Below are positions 29,449 through 40,103 of a DNA stretch of 64,000 nucleotides, one piece after another. The stretch lies in NCBI GenBank assembly GCA_049287205.1, contig JBAQFJ010000001.1, positions 575,041-639,040 on the forward strand. Reading direction: 5' to 3'. The position numbers and the translations under genes were made by a program. This stretch comes from Microgenomates group bacterium. Its GTDB lineage: Bacteria; Patescibacteriota; Microgenomatia; UBA10105; UBA927. How positions within the stretch are numbered: position 1 is the stretch's first letter; every line of letters begins with the position of its first letter. The notes beneath the pieces are model-generated. The model was not told the DNA's origin, searched no databases, and saw only the letters and a program-made list of their open reading frames with translations.

Positions 29449-31008
29449 TTAGGGAAGTGAATACCCGTATGCATTCATTTCATCAGAAATCTTTTTGGTT
29501 ATTCTTGGGGTAACTGTTTTTTGTATATACACACATGACGGTCTACCGGAATTTAAAAGCTGAATATAATTTTTGGCGTCAACACTAGATAACGCGAATG
29601 ACACAATATCTCCCGCCCGGCACGCACCCACATAAAAAGTTGGCGGATTGTTCTCAAACATTTCTTCCCGTGCAATCCGATACATTGAAAAAAATGGCAT
29701 GACAGATGTGTACCACGAATACTTGTATGCGGTCGGTACACCTGCAACAAAATAGACCGGGTCTTCCCACATCTCGACAAACATCGTATCACCGGGTTCT
29801 GAAAGCATTTTTATAATCTCCCCTTTTACAAAATAATTGCCGTACCCAGTTGTAAATTCTACTTGTGTATCAACGGTTTCTTTTATTAAAGATTGGGGAG
29901 AAAAAAATGTGAGTGCGGCAATCCATACAACGGCTATGCCAACTGTTGTTCTACACACGCTTTTTATTTTTTGTCCCTCCATATCTTTTATAAAAACTGC
30001 AATGGAAACGATAAATAATCCGTACCACGGGATCAAGTGAAACGCGTCATAATACATCACCCCCGCCGGTACGACTCGTATATTTGAAACGGCCAGTATG
30101 CCGAGTAACACTCCAACCAAACCATACCGTTTTTTCCACAGTAATTCATACACAACAAGACCGCAAAAAATAACGGATAAAACAAGTAATACATTTTGAA
30201 AAATAGTTCCAAACCCTTTTGCTATAACAAACACCGGATAAAAAACTATCTGCAAAAAGGTTTGTATATTCCACAGTTGCACGCCTACTTCCTGTTCTAC
30301 ATTTATCGTTATGACATTAAACACATATTCACGCGCGGGAAGAACGAGAATAGTCAGGACGTGAAACAACAGAAAAATACCTGCACTTATTCCAATGTAT
30401 TTCCTATGCGCTTTTTCTTTATATCCGATAACAAAAAGAATACCTAATACGATCAGTGCCCATGGCATAAAGGGTTCGCGCGTCCAAAAAATAAACCAAG
30501 AACAGACAGCCGCCAATAGGTATTCCCATGCATATATCCGTTTTTTTACTACTACCTGTCCAATCAGCATCATAAGATACATCATCGGATACACGATAAA
30601 CCCCTCGGCTAAGAACCTATCTCCAAACAGATAGAATTTTGTGCTTTCAAACACAACAAGAGATATAAACATAGGCAGTCCGAAACGAAAAATAAGAAAA
30701 GACCCGCATATGTTTGCAAACACGAGTGCGGCAATCCGGTGATACTTCACTAATTCAAACAGCGTAGTAGGATCTGTAGTATATTGAATTGCCGCGCTTA
30801 TATACGCCATGAATGGCTGATGATTAAAAAATATTTGACTGTACAGCTGTTTCCCCTGAAGAATGAAGTCCCCTGCACCGAAATTAAAACAATCATCAAA
30901 ACAACCAAATGCCCCAACGCGCTTCAGAAGAAAAAATGAAATACCAACAAAAATAATCTGATAAAAGAGTAGTAAAAAAATTCTACCAACAGGTATTTTT
31001 TCTCTCAT
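29449..31008 (-). CDS. polytopic membrane protein (unrecognised family; CFDDCFNFGAGDF motif)
   Basis: 519 aa. Many helices in the first 330 aa, then a soluble C-terminal domain. Convergent with the plus-strand YfhO gene across a 9-nt spacer. Confidence 0.45.
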   Translation of the reverse strand: MREKIPVGRIFLLLFYQIIFVGISFFLLKRVGAFGCFDDCFNFGAGDFILQGKQLYSQIFFNHQPFMAYISAAIQYTTDPTTLFELVKYHRIAALVFANICGSFLIFRFGLPMFISLVVFESTKFYLFGDRFLAEGFIVYPMMYLMMLIGQVVVKKRIYAWEYLLAAVCSWFIFWTREPFMPWALIVLGILFVIGYKEKAHRKYIGISAGIFLLFHVLTILVLPAREYVFNVITINVEQEVGVQLWNIQTFLQIVFYPVFVIAKGFGTIFQNVLLVLSVIFCGLVVYELLWKKRYGLVGVLLGILAVSNIRVVPAGVMYYDAFHLIPWYGLFIVSIAVFIKDMEGQKIKSVCRTTVGIAVVWIAALTFFSPQSLIKETVDTQVEFTTGYGNYFVKGEIIKMLSEPGDTMFVEMWEDPVYFVAGVPTAYKYSWYTSVMPFFSMYRIAREEMFENNPPTFYVGACRAGDIVSFALSSVDAKNYIQLLNSGRPSCVYIQKTVTPRITKKISDEMNAYGYSLP

Positions 31009-31064
31009 AGTTGTCTTATTGACCGACTGCTTATATCATAATACATAGAGTGCTTATTTAATAT
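31009..31064. promoter_or_regulatory. divergent promoter region between minus 29449..31008 and plus 31065..32810
   Basis: 56-nt spacer with two TGCTTAT copies about 23 nt apart and a CATAAT -10-like element. Confidence 0.3.
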
Positions 31065-32810
31065 ATGAATTGGATGACAAAAAATACAGCCGTTCTCTTT
31101 CATCTTATCTGCATCCTCATGGTCGCGTTTACTTGTCGGTTTCTTTTCCTAGATACCATACCAACCGGTATCACAAATGATGAGTTAGATTACGTACTCA
31201 ATGCAAAATCCATCTGGAAAACAGGGAAAGACATGAGTCAACTTTGGGCACCTTACTTTTTAACACCTCCTACAGGAACATTCCCAATGGCAGAACTCCC
31301 ATCTGTTTTGATGGCTCCTTTTATCGGCCCGTTACCATTATCGTTATTTAACGCAAGATTCGGATACGCATTTTTTGGCTCATTTCTTTCCATACTTCTC
31401 TATTTTCTTGCCAACCGTCTGTTTCATTCAAAAAAAATCAGTTTTATTGTTGGTCTATGTATCGCCTTAAATCCTTGGGCGATATTTTTCAGCAGAACAG
31501 GATTAGATGCACCTATCGCTGTATTTTTTTATTATCTATTTTTCTTTTTTGCACTGTCAAAAAATTCATTCGTATATATTCTGTCGTTACTCTCATTTTC
31601 TATTGCATTTTTTTCCTATATCGGTACAAAGCTTATCGCTATACCAATCGCTCTACTGCCTCTGATTCTGCACGACAATAAAAGAAATCATCTACCAATG
31701 AAAGCGGGGATGCTTATCCTACTAGGCTTTGGATTAACCGTATTTTTTATATACAACGCACAACATGCATCAACAAAAACACGCATGAACGAACTATTTT
31801 TCCCAACGAGCACTATTGTTAGTTCCGACGTTGATAATGAAAGAAAGTTAAGTCTGCCCAGCCCCGTGACCCATCTTTTTGCAAACAAAGTCACTTCCTA
31901 CGTAAACATCTCGCTAACCAAATACCTCAATGCGTTTTCTCCAAATTTGTTGTTTTTAAACGGAGACACAAGATCCGCATTTTCTGTATGGACTCACGGA
32001 TATTTCTATATTATAGATATACTGTTTTTTCTATATGGCTTTGCGATCATGTTTCACACACATAAAAAACAACTTATATTTCTTCTTGGGATAATACTCT
32101 TAGCTCCAATACCAACAGTATTAAGTACCGTGGGAGTCAGCTATCCGATACGGTCATCATTGTTGTTTCCCTCACTTATACTCATCATCGGCTACGGCAT
32201 CAGCGCATTTACTGATACTATAAAAACTAAAAAAGTTTTCCTTCCAATTACTCTCCTTATCATATCGGTATACCTATTTTCCGCCGCTCATTTCCTGTTT
32301 ATCTATATATTCAGAAATCCAGTAGCCAATTCAGAAGGTTTTGATTTCAGCTCCCGTATTATTTCATCTTATCTTTTAAGGAGCAGCCGAAAAACTCCGG
32401 TAACGGTATTCACCGGTTCGCCAAAAACACTGTATAAACAATATATTTTTTATGCAAATACCTATGATAAAAACACAATGTATTCTTTAGCTAATTCTTC
32501 AAACGAAACTATTTTTTCAGTTCATGCGATAACGTTCAAAACATGTGCTCAATTTGATGAGGAAGATCTAAAAACTACATATATCGTGGAGCCGTCACTT
32601 GCTTGTCAGATTATACCGAAAAAAGATATAAAAATAGAAATTGCGCAACTCTCCGACGCCGGTACTATCTACAGAATATATAATGATCGACTCTGCAACC
32701 CATTACAGCGTCTTCCCTATCCAAGGCTCAATACTTTAAACGATTTGCATATTGAAAATCTGACTGACAACAACTTCTGTCGCCTCTATATAACAGGAGA
32801 AAATAAATAG
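31065..32810 (+). CDS. ArnT/PMT-like polytopic membrane glycosyltransferase
   Basis: FLDTIPTGITNDELDYVLNAKSIWKTGKDMSQ (DE + GKD motif); 581 aa; membrane N-terminal two thirds plus soluble C-terminal domain. Confidence 0.55.
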   Translation: MNWMTKNTAVLFHLICILMVAFTCRFLFLDTIPTGITNDELDYVLNAKSIWKTGKDMSQLWAPYFLTPPTGTFPMAELPSVLMAPFIGPLPLSLFNARFGYAFFGSFLSILLYFLANRLFHSKKISFIVGLCIALNPWAIFFSRTGLDAPIAVFFYYLFFFFALSKNSFVYILSLLSFSIAFFSYIGTKLIAIPIALLPLILHDNKRNHLPMKAGMLILLGFGLTVFFIYNAQHASTKTRMNELFFPTSTIVSSDVDNERKLSLPSPVTHLFANKVTSYVNISLTKYLNAFSPNLLFLNGDTRSAFSVWTHGYFYIIDILFFLYGFAIMFHTHKKQLIFLLGIILLAPIPTVLSTVGVSYPIRSSLLFPSLILIIGYGISAFTDTIKTKKVFLPITLLIISVYLFSAAHFLFIYIFRNPVANSEGFDFSSRIISSYLLRSSRKTPVTVFTGSPKTLYKQYIFYANTYDKNTMYSLANSSNETIFSVHAITFKTCAQFDEEDLKTTYIVEPSLACQIIPKKDIKIEIAQLSDAGTIYRIYNDRLCNPLQRLPYPRLNTLNDLHIENLTDNNFCRLYITGENK

Positions 32811-32819
32811 ACAAATTCT

Positions 32820-33728
32820 TTACAATATCCGATCTGAAACTTTCCACAGTTTCGATTGTTTTTGTCGTTTTGCAACAATCAGAGGGTATCGAAGCATTGC
32901 AAGCACATACCCTTGGATCAACATCAAATCTCCTCTGAAAAGCGCCTGTAGGAGCCGTATCGGCGTCCAAAATATATGAGAAGCAAGAATGGATGGTTCA
33001 CTAAGATTTTTCCAGATAAAAGTAAATTGGTTCCGAAAAGAAATCCTCTGTACATCGCGCGTGGTATATTCTTTTTTTATAACTCCCACTTCATGGTAAT
33101 GCCCGACGATACTTTTCGGTTCAAATACAATGTTCCATCCTGCTTTTCTTGCGCGATAAGAAAGATCAATGTCTTCCCAGTAAAACGGATTAAACAATGT
33201 ATCCATGCCGCCTAAGGTGTTCCACATAACCCGCCTAAATGCTCCGCTTCCACCGGAAACCCATGCAGTATCTGTCTTATCTACTTCGCCGCGCTCATGA
33301 ATATAATATCCTCGTCTCCATTTGGCAACACCTCTTCCACGAAGTATTGTTTTTTCATGCTCCCAACTTTTTTCCAGACATCCGACGGCAAAAACATTAA
33401 CATCCTCAAAATGAGTAAGCAGTGGCGCAAGATATCCTTTTTCCGGTTCCACATCAGTATTTAGCAGTATGACTATATCTCCTGTTGCACGCGCCACTCC
33501 GGAATTTACATTCCCTGCAAAACCCTGCCTTTTCTTATTGGCAACCACGATGACGTCAGGAAAATTCTTTTTCAAATACTCCACCGAACCGTCAGCGGAA
33601 ACGTCGTCGCTCACAATAATTTCCGCATTTGGTGTTGCTTCGATTGTTTTCTTCAGGTGTTTTTCCATCAGATACACACCGTTCCAATTGGGAATAACAA
33701 CAGAAACAGAAAAAATATTGTTTTTCAT
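32820..33728 (-). CDS. GT2 family glycosyltransferase (WbbL/rhamnosyltransferase-like layout)
   Basis: VSVVIPNWNGVYLMEKHL...IVSDDVSADGS...LNTDVEP motifs; 302 aa. Confidence 0.8.
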   Translation of the reverse strand: MKNNIFSVSVVIPNWNGVYLMEKHLKKTIEATPNAEIIVSDDVSADGSVEYLKKNFPDVIVVANKKRQGFAGNVNSGVARATGDIVILLNTDVEPEKGYLAPLLTHFEDVNVFAVGCLEKSWEHEKTILRGRGVAKWRRGYYIHERGEVDKTDTAWVSGGSGAFRRVMWNTLGGMDTLFNPFYWEDIDLSYRARKAGWNIVFEPKSIVGHYHEVGVIKKEYTTRDVQRISFRNQFTFIWKNLSEPSILASHIFWTPIRLLQALFRGDLMLIQGYVLAMLRYPLIVAKRQKQSKLWKVSDRIL

Positions 33729-33731
33729 AGG

Positions 33732-35996
33732 TTACTTATATTGTACTGCAACCACATGTGTTCCGTCAGGAATGACACATCCGAAGAACAGGTAATTGAC
33801 ACGCTGTGTCTCGACCCGCGTGCCGTCAACAAATACCTGCCAATGAGAGTCCATCATGTTTCCGATAACCAAAAATCTTGAATTTTTCGCTGATGAACGA
33901 AGCATCATGCTGTCGCCTTCATACGCTTCTATTTCCACTGTATCCTCTTTTGCAGATTCACCAACAATAAACGGTTCCCCCTCCAACACAACGCCACTCC
34001 CCGGAATGAATTCCTTTGAATACAGCCTATTCATCACACCTTCTTTCGATTTTTCAAAGAAAAACTGCTCTGCGAAATATACACGCGGGATATACTTTAC
34101 CACTGAGTATAGCTTAGTCGTTCCTTCTTCACTCAGGAGCCGAACTGCAGGAGATACGATCATATCCATAGAAAGAACGTATCGCACATTTAACAGTGAC
34201 AGTAACGGTGAGGTAATTGTTTTGGGTGTTATGATCCGATTAAAACCGAATGGCGGAGTGATGTTCGGTTCTCCTCGTTCCATTGCAGCAATATATTCTT
34301 CGTATCTACTGGTATACATCGGATCGTATCCTGCAACTGACTCAATATTGTAATAGCTAAGTACATTTGGAGGAACGAGTCTGTCATCTGTTGCAATGAC
34401 CCTAAATGGTTTTTTCATCTGAGTCAAACGCTCAATAATCTCTGTTTTCGGATAGAAATATGCTTGATCGGTAAATGGGGTAAATTTCCAACCAAAACGA
34501 ACAAGTTCAAACGACAAGAGCACAAACAATCCAAAACATAAAAACCCGCGCATTATTTTCCAAGATGATCGTATACTCATGATAAGTACTGAGATACCAA
34601 AAAGTACCGCATATACAACTGTAGGAAGAATAAGATTACGCTTCACAACACTCATATCAGCATCCGCAATAGGAAGAAATGAAGGATAATATACAAACAT
34701 CCATGTAACACCAAAAAATACGCCAACTGCAAGAACACCAAAAAGTAGTTTTTTCTTATTGTCTTTCAGAAGTTCTGACAATCCATATGCGGCAAGTATT
34801 GATAATGCAAAATCAACGATTCCCAAAAGCCTTGTCGGCTGTAACGACGAAAGAAACGGAATATGGAGCTTAAACGGAAGTCTTGCAACCCAGCCATCAA
34901 CCGAAAAAAATAGACACACAGCACTCACGAGTACCCAAAACGCGGTTGCTTTTGATATTCCAACTATTGCGAGTACAAGTCCGACAACACCAATATACCC
35001 TATCATTTCACCATAATTCCATGTCCCCCAATAATTTAATGTTGTTGGATTTCCGAAAAAATCAGGTGCAACAAATTGCAGCAGATGGCGAATCGGAATA
35101 AAAAATCCTTCCGCATTCCACGCACTGCCTGCTGACCTAGCGCTGGAAGTGAATACGGATAAAAACCGTATCCAAACCGGAGAGGTGAGGATAATGATAA
35201 TGAGTGGAACAACCACGTGCATACTGTACACTTTTGTCATTTTTATTCTTCTTCTGCTGATAACCGCATACGCTAAGAATAAAACACTTGTGTAAAAGAA
35301 CATCTGTAAGTGTCCTGCGAAAAAAGACGAAACACTTGCAAAAATAAATACCAATCTCCAAGGAATTTTTCTTTGTGACGCATGTAGCTTATCAAATGAA
35401 AGCAATATGAGCGGAAGCCAAAGAATCGTTGAGCCGATCGTTCCCCATGTCAGCCACGAAACAGAGAATCCGGAAAATGCGAAACATATAGATCCGACGA
35501 GACATGCAAGCGGTTCAAGTTGCTTGTGACGCAGAAATAAATACAAAAAAATTCCTCCTAACAGTGGTTGACTGATAATCAGTATGGACCAAGCGGTTAT
35601 GAACGGGAAAATAAAAAACAGAACATTTAACGGATACAATGCGCCTGACTGAATATTTCCAAGAAGCGGTGCGCCTGAAAAAGACGTTGCATCCCAAAGG
35701 GGCATCTTCTTTTGTTTGAAGGCATCAATGACCTGCTTTCTCCAAGGAATTTGCTGTCTGATTGGATCCGTAATCAGGAAATTTTTATACGGCACCCCAT
35801 TTTGAAACGTATGTGCATATGCATCCCGCCATGGATGATATAACCCGACAAGATCATCCGAAGGGATCGGTTGTTTCCCAAAAAAAATTGTTTTATAAAA
35901 AAAACCAAAAATAAGGAGTACTAACAAACTCACCGCGAACAGATCCTGGTGTCGTTTGACGAACGCTGATAGCCTGCTAAAAAATTTTACTTGCAT
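33732..35996 (-). CDS. long YfhO-like polytopic membrane glycosyltransferase (GT-C)
   Basis: 754 aa. MPLWDATSFSGAPLLGNIQSGALYPL N-terminal motif. C-terminal SHWQVFVDGTRVETQRVNYLFFGCVIPDGTHVVAVQY module. Confidence 0.65.
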   Translation of the reverse strand: MQVKFFSRLSAFVKRHQDLFAVSLLVLLIFGFFYKTIFFGKQPIPSDDLVGLYHPWRDAYAHTFQNGVPYKNFLITDPIRQQIPWRKQVIDAFKQKKMPLWDATSFSGAPLLGNIQSGALYPLNVLFFIFPFITAWSILIISQPLLGGIFLYLFLRHKQLEPLACLVGSICFAFSGFSVSWLTWGTIGSTILWLPLILLSFDKLHASQRKIPWRLVFIFASVSSFFAGHLQMFFYTSVLFLAYAVISRRRIKMTKVYSMHVVVPLIIIILTSPVWIRFLSVFTSSARSAGSAWNAEGFFIPIRHLLQFVAPDFFGNPTTLNYWGTWNYGEMIGYIGVVGLVLAIVGISKATAFWVLVSAVCLFFSVDGWVARLPFKLHIPFLSSLQPTRLLGIVDFALSILAAYGLSELLKDNKKKLLFGVLAVGVFFGVTWMFVYYPSFLPIADADMSVVKRNLILPTVVYAVLFGISVLIMSIRSSWKIMRGFLCFGLFVLLSFELVRFGWKFTPFTDQAYFYPKTEIIERLTQMKKPFRVIATDDRLVPPNVLSYYNIESVAGYDPMYTSRYEEYIAAMERGEPNITPPFGFNRIITPKTITSPLLSLLNVRYVLSMDMIVSPAVRLLSEEGTTKLYSVVKYIPRVYFAEQFFFEKSKEGVMNRLYSKEFIPGSGVVLEGEPFIVGESAKEDTVEIEAYEGDSMMLRSSAKNSRFLVIGNMMDSHWQVFVDGTRVETQRVNYLFFGCVIPDGTHVVAVQYK

Positions 35997-37054
35997 ATAG
36001 ACCGCAAAAGTTCGTCATATTGCTCATTAAATAATTTTTTTGAAAATTTCTTCGCAGTCTGTTGTGCTGCAATAATAATACTTTTTATGTCTTTGCCTTT
36101 CATGATCATCGAAGTCGCAACGAGTAATTCATCAACCGTGTTCCAAAGATATCCGTTTATCCCCTGTTTGACGATTTCCGGCTGTCCTCCCGCGTTATAG
36201 ACAATAGGGATACAACAGCCGCTCATTGCTTCAACCGTTGTCATACCAAAATGTTCCATACGCGTTGGGTCTGTTTCGCCGTAACCAGCCGCATGCCAAT
36301 ACATAGAGGAGACTTCGTATAATGATTGTAGTTTTTCATATGAGCAGTTCATCTCAAATTCAATCGCATATCCTTTTGCCATCTCTAGAAGCGAGTTGGC
36401 ATATTCCTCATCGGTTGCTAAACATCCTCCGGCAAGCACTAATTTCCAACCATTCGCTTGCTTCTTTTTTGTCATTTCGATAAATGCACGGATTAATACA
36501 TCCTGCTTTTTTGCACCATATAACGCATTAAACCTACCCACTGACAAAATAATTTTTTCTTTTTTTGCAGTTTTTAAAACTGTAACATCCACCGGCGGAT
36601 AAATAATAGTCACAGGAACTGATAATTTTTTATCTAGATTATGTTTTGTAAATTCAGAATTCACCACAATCGATCTGTAATGCGCTGCCTTCCATGGTGT
36701 CATTGCTATATGCGCGAAGGGTACTTGGAAATGAATAATATTTTGTCGCGCCATCGTCATTGGCACACTTCCGTCGCTTAAGAAAAAAATAAGATCATAT
36801 TTGGATGACTCAATAAGTTTTCTCACTAAAAATCTTGTACCAAAAATATTTGGCGTTGTTTTTACCTTAGAAAGATCAAGTCCAAACCTGTCCGTAGCCG
36901 ACCTGAGAATTGATGCGTCATCCCAAAATATCGAAACATCATGCATCGTTGACCAGTGCTCTGCAAGCGTAAGCACATACCGCTCGCCTCCACCTAACGA
37001 GTCGAAATACGGATTATATATGCCAATTTTTAGTTTTTTTGTTTTTTTGTCCAT
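35987..37054 (-). CDS. GT4 family glycosyltransferase
   Basis: MEHFGMTTVEAMSGCCIPIVYNAGGQPEIV (E-x7-E); 355 aa; sits between two YfhO-like genes with 10 and 25-nt overlaps. Confidence 0.8.
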   Translation of the reverse strand: MDKKTKKLKIGIYNPYFDSLGGGERYVLTLAEHWSTMHDVSIFWDDASILRSATDRFGLDLSKVKTTPNIFGTRFLVRKLIESSKYDLIFFLSDGSVPMTMARQNIIHFQVPFAHIAMTPWKAAHYRSIVVNSEFTKHNLDKKLSVPVTIIYPPVDVTVLKTAKKEKIILSVGRFNALYGAKKQDVLIRAFIEMTKKKQANGWKLVLAGGCLATDEEYANSLLEMAKGYAIEFEMNCSYEKLQSLYEVSSMYWHAAGYGETDPTRMEHFGMTTVEAMSGCCIPIVYNAGGQPEIVKQGINGYLWNTVDELLVATSMIMKGKDIKSIIIAAQQTAKKFSKKLFNEQYDELLRSICK

Positions 37055-39369
37055 ATTGCAATACCAAACAATGTAATGATGCCTAATCCTGATACAATCA
37101 TACCAATACGAAACCCGACGGGATAATATCTGTATTCTATTGTATGCATACCGGCAGGCACTGCAACAGCCCTGAAATCATAATCAGCTCGAAACACTGT
37201 AGTTTTCTCACCATCTATGGTTGCATTCCAACCTGCATCAAACACATCAGATAAAAACAGTAGTTTTGGCACATCGCTTGAAGTTTTAATTGTCACTACA
37301 TTTGGAGAATAGAACAAAATCTCCGCTTCTCCGTCACCTGTTTCCGGTTTGATGCTCGGCTCAGTCTCCAATAGTACTGTGTTTCGTAGATCAAAGTCAG
37401 GAGCAAACAACCGATCAATTATCTTCTGATCGTTCGATATCACTTCGAAACTTGATGCTAAAAATGCCCGAGGGAAACTTTTTTCATATACGTATACTTC
37501 ATATTGTCCGTCTTCATAGGTTTTCTTCATATCACCAGTTTCGTATTGCCACACAGGAAATGCCCAGATATTTCTTCCATCACTCACTCGATGCATAATA
37601 TAGCGAACCCCAAGAAGTTGCAGTACCTGATCTCTATACCTCCCGTGTTTATCAAACATCACAACCGATCGTCCCCCTGGAGCAACAATACCATTTGACG
37701 AGGCATTGATAAATTCCGCAAATCGACCCTGATACATTGCATCATATCCTTCTATAAGAGAAATACTAGATGTCATACCCGTTTCCCCACCGATATTTCC
37801 AAACATCCGATACGACCCAATTTCACGCTTTACGTGTTTCAAGACATTCATTTCCGGATAGACAAATCCTTTTTCATCAAACGGCATCCATTTGGAAGCA
37901 TATCGATACATATCAAACATCGTGAGCAGAAGTAATGCAATAATTGGCAAGCTATACCATTTCATTTTTTTTATAAACCCTGATGCCATAAGAACAAGCG
38001 ATGCACCAGCGAGTGCCGTAGGGAGGATGAGATTTCTTTTGGCAATGATATTTCCATCATTTGTAAATGGCTGTATCACCAGTATAAGAAACCACACAAT
38101 AACAATGACAAGTACAAGAGAACTGGCAAACAAAAGATACCTCGTTAGTTTTTTTGTCTTCCACGCGTCAATGAGGTCATCCATTCCAAAACCCGCAAGT
38201 GCTGACAGAGATAAACTAAACAGAATAATAATACGTGATGCCGCACTTGTTGAAACGACCGGCAATTTCAACGCAAAAAGCAAATCATTGAGTGGCGTTG
38301 GATACGCCAAAAAGATAGAAAAAATAGCGAGCACGCTAAAAAACCGAACGTATCCTTTCATTTTTCTCGTAATTGCGTATAGAGCAAAAATGAGTGGGAT
38401 GACTCCAACGTAGCTCGCCCATTCAGCATAATGCCCAAACCAATCATTTCGAGTCACTGGATTTCCATAAAAATCCGGTGAAAACACGGTCACAATATAC
38501 TTCCACGGGATGACCTCTCCTTTGATAAAACTGGAATTCCGAGTGGAAGACATATACGCCTGAAGAGTCAACAAAATTTGCGGCATTGCTACCAATACAC
38601 CTAAGATAGAAACGATACCAAGCAGTAGTCCTTGTTTAAACTTTCTTGTTGAAAGCGTTACAAATAATATGTACGCTGCTACTGCCCCTGTGACATACAA
38701 AGAAATCTGAAAATGACCGGACAGAAAAGAACATGCAATACTTCCCGCGAGGATGACCAAATACCACCACTTATTTTTCTTCATGTATGCAGTTACTGCC
38801 CACAATGCATATGGCAGACACAATGCGGCATACCCAAGTGTTCCATATGCCATCCATGTGGTCATAAACCCGCAAAACATAAACGAAATAGACGAGAGTG
38901 TTGCGGCATTTTTAGACCTGCCGAGAGACCTGATAAACACATACATGCCGATTGCCGCCAAAAGAGGTTGCAACAATACAAATACACTCCATGCATCGAT
39001 AAATGACAGCAGAAAAAATAATACATTAAACGGTGAAAACACAGCAGACTGATAATTTGCCGCATGCGTGGTGCCAGCAAAACTGTACGGATTCCAAAGC
39101 GGAATCTGGCCGAGCTTCAAACTTTCTATGGTAATTTTTTTCCATGGATATATCTGGGATATGACATCGGGCATTGCGTTGTTTTTGACAGGCATACCGT
39201 ATGCCGTGTTCCATGGGGGGAAAAATGTGACAAGATATGTAGACGGAAACGGAACAAGACCTTTTCCAAAATACGGGAAACAAAACGCGACCCACAATAC
39301 AATAATTGCTAAAAGTGGAAGAAAAGAAAACCGTTTTTGTTTCATGATTTGTTCTGTTGTTTTTCCCAC
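37030..39369 (-). CDS. long YfhO-like polytopic membrane glycosyltransferase (GT-C)
   Basis: 779 aa. IPLWNPYSFAGTTHAANYQSAVFSPF N-terminal motif. C-terminal SDVFDAGWNATIDGEKTTVFRADYDFRAVAVPAGMHTIEYRYYPV module. The probable start is the internal ATG at 39345, giving a 4-nt overlap. Confidence 0.65.
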   Translation of the reverse strand: MGKTTEQIMKQKRFSFLPLLAIIVLWVAFCFPYFGKGLVPFPSTYLVTFFPPWNTAYGMPVKNNAMPDVISQIYPWKKITIESLKLGQIPLWNPYSFAGTTHAANYQSAVFSPFNVLFFLLSFIDAWSVFVLLQPLLAAIGMYVFIRSLGRSKNAATLSSISFMFCGFMTTWMAYGTLGYAALCLPYALWAVTAYMKKNKWWYLVILAGSIACSFLSGHFQISLYVTGAVAAYILFVTLSTRKFKQGLLLGIVSILGVLVAMPQILLTLQAYMSSTRNSSFIKGEVIPWKYIVTVFSPDFYGNPVTRNDWFGHYAEWASYVGVIPLIFALYAITRKMKGYVRFFSVLAIFSIFLAYPTPLNDLLFALKLPVVSTSAASRIIILFSLSLSALAGFGMDDLIDAWKTKKLTRYLLFASSLVLVIVIVWFLILVIQPFTNDGNIIAKRNLILPTALAGASLVLMASGFIKKMKWYSLPIIALLLLTMFDMYRYASKWMPFDEKGFVYPEMNVLKHVKREIGSYRMFGNIGGETGMTSSISLIEGYDAMYQGRFAEFINASSNGIVAPGGRSVVMFDKHGRYRDQVLQLLGVRYIMHRVSDGRNIWAFPVWQYETGDMKKTYEDGQYEVYVYEKSFPRAFLASSFEVISNDQKIIDRLFAPDFDLRNTVLLETEPSIKPETGDGEAEILFYSPNVVTIKTSSDVPKLLFLSDVFDAGWNATIDGEKTTVFRADYDFRAVAVPAGMHTIEYRYYPVGFRIGMIVSGLGIITLFGIAIWTKKQKN

Positions 39370-40103
39370 AACTTTGCGTACGTGATAAACATACTAAATG
39401 CCTGATATATACTCTCAATCCATCCAACTGTTCCGGCCCTCCACCCCTGTTGATGCCAAAATGAATCGTTAAATGCCGTCAACATAACGCGAATAAACCG
39501 CCACCAGACCACGATTGGATGTCCTGAGCTAAGTCTCAAATTCGCCTCAATTTCTGACCATTCATTTGTTTTTTCCACCATTTCACTTAGTGTCCGATGC
39601 GTCTGATGTACAAGTGAAGCGGAGAGTGTTTCAACAACACCATCAATCTCTGCATGCTCATGAAGTGAGCCCTGCCATGACAGAAGCGCACTCTTTTTTA
39701 TGAGGCGAATCATTTTATCTTTTGTCGGCCATCTATGCCCCAGATAATAATTTTCACGCGTTATAAAATATGCCGCGGCAGATCCACTTGTCATCATTTC
39801 AATAATTTCTTTTTGAAGTTCTGGCGTGACGAGTTCATCTGCATCTATATATAACAACCAATCACCAGTCGCGTTTTTGGCTCCAGTTTCCCGTAATGCG
39901 GAAAAATCCTTCCCTGATATTTTTATCACCTTAGCATGAAGCAATGTCGCAATACGTGCTGTCTCATCTATTGACCCATTATCAACAACAATAATTTCAC
40001 TGGCAAACCGTACATGCTCAATACATGTTGCAATTCGCTTCTCCTCATTTTTTGCAATAATGATGACGCTACACGTGTTTTGTTGGTTCATATTGTTTTC
40101 CAA
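39342..40103 (-). CDS. GT2 glycosyltransferase (CsbB/GtrB-like position immediately upstream of YfhO-like gene)
   Basis: CSVIIIAKNEEKRIATCIEHV...VVDNGSIDET...IDADELV; 253 aa. Confidence 0.8.
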   Translation of the reverse strand: MENNMNQQNTCSVIIIAKNEEKRIATCIEHVRFASEIIVVDNGSIDETARIATLLHAKVIKISGKDFSALRETGAKNATGDWLLYIDADELVTPELQKEIIEMMTSGSAAAYFITRENYYLGHRWPTKDKMIRLIKKSALLSWQGSLHEHAEIDGVVETLSASLVHQTHRTLSEMVEKTNEWSEIEANLRLSSGHPIVVWWRFIRVMLTAFNDSFWHQQGWRAGTVGWIESIYQAFSMFITYAKLWEKQQNKS

